From Clostridia bacterium (GTDB lineage Bacteria; Bacillota; Clostridia; HGM11514): a stretch of DNA of 38,556 nt. Where the stretch lies: positions 1-38,556 of the forward strand of contig JAXEOR010000156.1 of NCBI GenBank assembly GCA_034117945.1, read 5' to 3'. Of this stretch, positions 36,119 to 38,556 are shown piece by piece (the first letter of the stretch is position 1; every line of letters starts with the position of its first letter). The translations under genes were made by a program, and so were the position numbers. Under the pieces are notes generated by a model that worked only from the letters and a program-made list of their open reading frames with translations, was not told the origin of the DNA and searched no databases.

Positions 36119-36550
36119 CTATTTATTTACAACCTTACAATTTGTTATTTGAATAGAATTATCATATGTATTATAATACAATGAAGCATTAACGTTTTGA
36201 TAATTTCCTTCAAATGAAAAATTTATGTATTCCCAATAGCCTGAGAATTGTCCGCTGCATATTGTTCCGTGCATTCCCATTTTTTCTAAATCGTTTCTTG
36301 TAATACCTCCATAAAAACCGTTTGATATCTTACAAAATCTAGATACGGTGATCGACCTTATCCTTTTTGTATTTAGATTTCTATCGATATAAGGATAAAA
36401 AAACACACAAGGCACTCTATCGTCCGTATATTTTATACCTTCTCCTCCTCGATCATATCCTGTATATTCATAATCTCCTCCGAAAAAATACTCAATCAGA
36501 TTTATTGGTTGACCTATAAAATCTATCATTGTGTAATCAGTAATAAGCAC
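36119..36550 (-). CDS. Hypothetical protein (143 aa), Tyr/Gly/Asn-rich
   Basis: Intact ORF downstream of the stalk-domain gene. No family recognised. Confidence 0.45.
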   Translation of the reverse strand: MLITDYTMIDFIGQPINLIEYFFGGDYEYTGYDRGGEGIKYTDDRVPCVFFYPYIDRNLNTKRIRSITVSRFCKISNGFYGGITRNDLEKMGMHGTICSGQFSGYWEYINFSFEGNYQNVNASLYYNTYDNSIQITNCKVVNK

Positions 36551-36555
36551 CCGGT

Positions 36556-36957
36556 TTAAATCAGAACTCCAAAAACATTATTATCGAAAGCCTCAGCAAT
36601 TGCACGAACCGGAACGAAAGTTCTATCATTGATTTTTATTATTTCTGAATCCAATTGAACTCTTGTATCGTTTGTATAAATGAAATCATCGCCTATTTTA
36701 AAAGAAACAACTGTTTTTTCGTCAATCGCTTTTACAGATTGGTTTTCTTCATCCCATTCTACTGTTGCTCCTATGGTTTCAAAAATGGTTCTCATTGGAA
36801 CCATAACTCGTTCATTAATCATTCTAGGAGGAACATCAAACCACAGCATTTCTCCATTGTACACAACAGAAATATCCTCTGCTTTTACAAGTATTGCACC
36901 AACAAAGCAAGATATAATAAGTAAAAAAATAAAAAATAATTTTTTCATAAAATCCAC
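36556..36957 (-). CDS. Secreted copper-amine-oxidase N-terminal (stalk) domain protein
   Basis: There is a signal peptide (KKLFFIFLLIISCFVGAILVKA). The repeat pattern ...ERVMVPMRTIFETIGATVEWDEENQSV...NDRTFVPVRAIAEAF is typical of the CuAO N-terminal-like domain. Confidence 0.7.
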   Translation of the reverse strand: MDFMKKLFFIFLLIISCFVGAILVKAEDISVVYNGEMLWFDVPPRMINERVMVPMRTIFETIGATVEWDEENQSVKAIDEKTVVSFKIGDDFIYTNDTRVQLDSEIIKINDRTFVPVRAIAEAFDNNVFGVLI

Positions 36958-36967
36958 CCCAAATACA

Positions 36968-37567
36968 TTAAAATTTCGCCCGTAATTCCACGACCTTTCC
37001 CAATATAATGACAGGGAGCTCTTCTATTTCGTTGTTTGTATATAACATTACTTCATAATTCTGATTGAGAGGAACAAGCATGACTCCATCAGGGCTCTTT
37101 TTAATTTTTTTAATAGTAGCTTCGTTTCCATCGATCAAAACAACGGCAATATCACCGCTATCAACATCAGATTGTTTTCTAACAATAACAACATCCCCTT
37201 CTGAAAATTTCGGCTCCATACTGTTGCCTTGTATTTACAATGCAAAATGCTCTCCTTGCGAATCCATCTTTTGTGATATTTCTTCATAGTCCAATATTTC
37301 TTCCACAGCTTCAATTGGAATTCCGGCGATAACTTTTCCCAGGACTGGAATTTTAACACCTTTTCCAGTTGACTTGGTATCTTCATTTCCTAATATGTAA
37401 TCTACAGATACATCAAAAAAATTTGCTAATTTTATTAGATTTTCTTTTCCTGGATCGCTGTCTCCTCTCTCGTACTTTACATATGTTGTTCTGTCTACAC
37501 CTAATACAGCTGCTACATCCTTTTGGTACAAACCTTTTGATTCCCTTAATTTTCTTAGACGTTCCAT
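36968..37567 (-). pseudogene. XRE-HTH / S24 (LexA-like) phage repressor interrupted by one in-frame TAA
   Basis: 37235-37567 encodes the HTH (LRESKGLYQKDVAAVLGVDRTTYVKYERG) plus a linker. The minus strand across the break reads GEHFAL-TAA-IQGNSMEPKFSEGDVV, so the stop (37235-37237) lies 5 codons before the Ser of the G-x-S-M-E-P nucleophile motif. 36968-37219 is the rest of the S24 domain in the same frame. Confidence 0.75.
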
Positions 37568-37581
37568 ATTATTACCTCTAT

Positions 37582-37596
37582 AGTGATTATATCACT
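37582..37596. promoter_or_regulatory. Candidate operator palindrome in the divergent repressor/early-gene region
   Basis: AGTGAT-TAT-ATCACT perfect inverted repeat, 15 nt upstream of the repressor start. Confidence 0.45.
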
Positions 37597-37706
37597 TTGT
37601 AAAAAATTAGTCAACATGAAAGGAGGTGCAGCGTAATGATTTCAATGCAGAATAGAGATAATGAAAAACACAGGAAAGAGGACAAGTAAAACAATCATAT
37701 CTTTAC

Positions 37707-37982
37707 ATGAAAGGGGTTGATCGCATGGAATACGTAAACGGCATACCGTCTTTTCAATCTGTGGAAGAAATGAATCCATATCTCGACGATATGAAGGAAG
37801 ATGATTTGTTTATCCTCAGGGGAGAAACGAGGGTGTTTCTGTTTTCAACCAGAACGGAGCACGGTGTTTCCGTAAGCAGCTGCTCTCCGGGGGCGCCTTC
37901 GTTCCGAGGAAGTCCGGAAGAAAAAGAATTTTTCGGAATCTTGTATGGCGTATACTTAAGAAACAAAAACAAACAGGGGTAA
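37707..37982 (+). CDS. Hypothetical small early-region protein
   Basis: ORF divergent from the repressor. The start may be ATG 37725 (MEYVNG...). Confidence 0.4.
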   Translation: MKGVDRMEYVNGIPSFQSVEEMNPYLDDMKEDDLFILRGETRVFLFSTRTEHGVSVSSCSPGAPSFRGSPEEKEFFGILYGVYLRNKNKQG

Positions 37983-38026
37983 ATCTCCCCTGTTGGAAGG
38001 ACAACCACAAGAAAGGAGCAACAATC

Positions 38027-38200
38027 ATGAAAATTAAAATGATCAAAACGGTGCGTGACACGTTTGCGCCGGTGGGGACGGTGCTGTACAGCGGAAGTCA
38101 ATACCGTGCCGAGAAGGACAACGGAATTGTTTACGGGATCTGCGAAAACGGTCAAAAGATTCCCTTGGAGGATGATGTGTGGGAGGAAGTAAAGACATGA
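38027..38200 (+). CDS. Hypothetical 57-aa protein; not in the ORF track
   Basis: Hand translation gives MKIKMIKTVRDTFAPVGTVLYSGSQYRAEKDNGIVYGICENGQKIPLEDDVWEEVKT*. GAAAGGAG lies 8 nt upstream. The stop overlaps the next start (ATGA). Confidence 0.5.
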   Translation: MKIKMIKTVRDTFAPVGTVLYSGSQYRAEKDNGIVYGICENGQKIPLEDDVWEEVKT

Positions 38201-38391
38201 GCGTTTTGGACTATTCAGAACGGAAGGAAGAAGAAATTCACAGCTTTGTGGCGGACAAGCGCAGGATGATCAACCGGGCAAGGGACATGAAACGGAAAGA
38301 AATTCTTGACAGCGTTTGTCTTGTGTTCTGGCTGTTTGCCGGAGCTGTGGCGATGTACTTTGTTGTTATGGCGGGAGGGATGTATCGATGA
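38197..38391 (+). CDS. Small membrane protein (one C-terminal TM helix)
   Basis: MSVLDYSERKEE...VCLVFWLFAGAVAMYFVVMAGG. ATGA overlaps are present at both ends. The ORF track starts at 38179. Confidence 0.5.
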   Translation: MSVLDYSERKEEEIHSFVADKRRMINRARDMKRKEILDSVCLVFWLFAGAVAMYFVVMAGGMYR

Positions 38392-38513
38392 GGAAACCGA
38401 TTGCGCCATGTATGCAGTGCGTGGAAAGAGGTGTTGGGTGTCATGGACAGTGCAGCAGATACCGAGCATATCAAGCACAATACAGAATAGAGACAATCCC
38501 GAATTTTGTGTAA
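38388..38513 (+). CDS. Small Cys-rich protein (41 aa)
   Basis: MRKPIAPCMQCVERGVGCHGQCSRYRAYQAQYRIETIPNFV*. The start overlaps the preceding stop. The ORF track extends it upstream to 38316, which I consider unlikely. Confidence 0.45.
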   Translation: MRKPIAPCMQCVERGVGCHGQCSRYRAYQAQYRIETIPNFV

Positions 38514-38556
38514 AGTAGTTGAATAAACCTCCAAGATGGTATATAATAAAAATATC

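Larger units (their letters stand above)
34028..38556. mobile_element. Left end of an integrated prophage-like or intervening element that continues beyond the window
   Basis: An abrupt shift to AT-rich sequence begins near 34010-34045. A large serine recombinase gene sits at the edge. The cargo includes hicBA, an XRE/S24 repressor remnant divergent from small early-type ORFs, and ATGA-coupled tiny genes. Confidence 0.7.

Noticed and set aside
37636-37689. 17-codon ORF (MISMQNRDNEKHRKEDK) with a strong AAAGGAGG RBS at the start of the rightward early region
   Set aside because: It is too short to support as a gene from sequence alone. It could be a leader peptide or a coincidence, so it is noted but not called.

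Overview
The window looks like a chromosomal segment of a Gram-positive anaerobe, probably Clostridia. Supporting markers are a SCIFF ranthipeptide locus, the ctsR-mcsA-mcsB-clpC operon, a Na+-pumping biotin decarboxylase operon, HydE, and consensus sigma-A promoters with AGGAGG ribosome-binding sites. The core housekeeping blocks are 1-4380, 6733-21722 and 26541-33290. They are interrupted by three patches that look AT-richer by eye.

(1) 4455-6720 holds a ribbon-helix-helix regulator, two small membrane proteins and several small orphan genes. Part of it is bracketed by a duplicated 24-nt terminator fragment.

(2) 21950-26440 holds a decayed IbrA/IbrB-like pair (PAPS-reductase/DUF3440 plus ParB-like). 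It is followed by a 2.7-kb islet between convergent tRNA-Leu(CAG) and tRNA-Glu(UUC) genes. The islet is bounded by about 100-nt inverted repeats and carries one intact 664-aa gene. That gene fuses an N-terminal single-HKD phospholipase-D-family nuclease domain to a P-loop NTPase. This is my best candidate for an undescribed single-gene defence or mobile-element function.

(3) From about 34028 to the window end lies the left end of a prophage-like element. It starts with a large serine recombinase gene and appears to have inserted into, and 5'-truncated, a host CDS. Its cargo includes hicBA, a broken S24 repressor and small early genes.

The SCIFF precursor (47 aa, 6 Cys) is absent from the supplied ORF track, so I called it by hand. 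Several accessory genes are interrupted only by in-frame stop codons with no frameshift. All coordinates, motifs and repeats were read by eye from the sequence. No database search was possible, so family names are motif-based recognitions.
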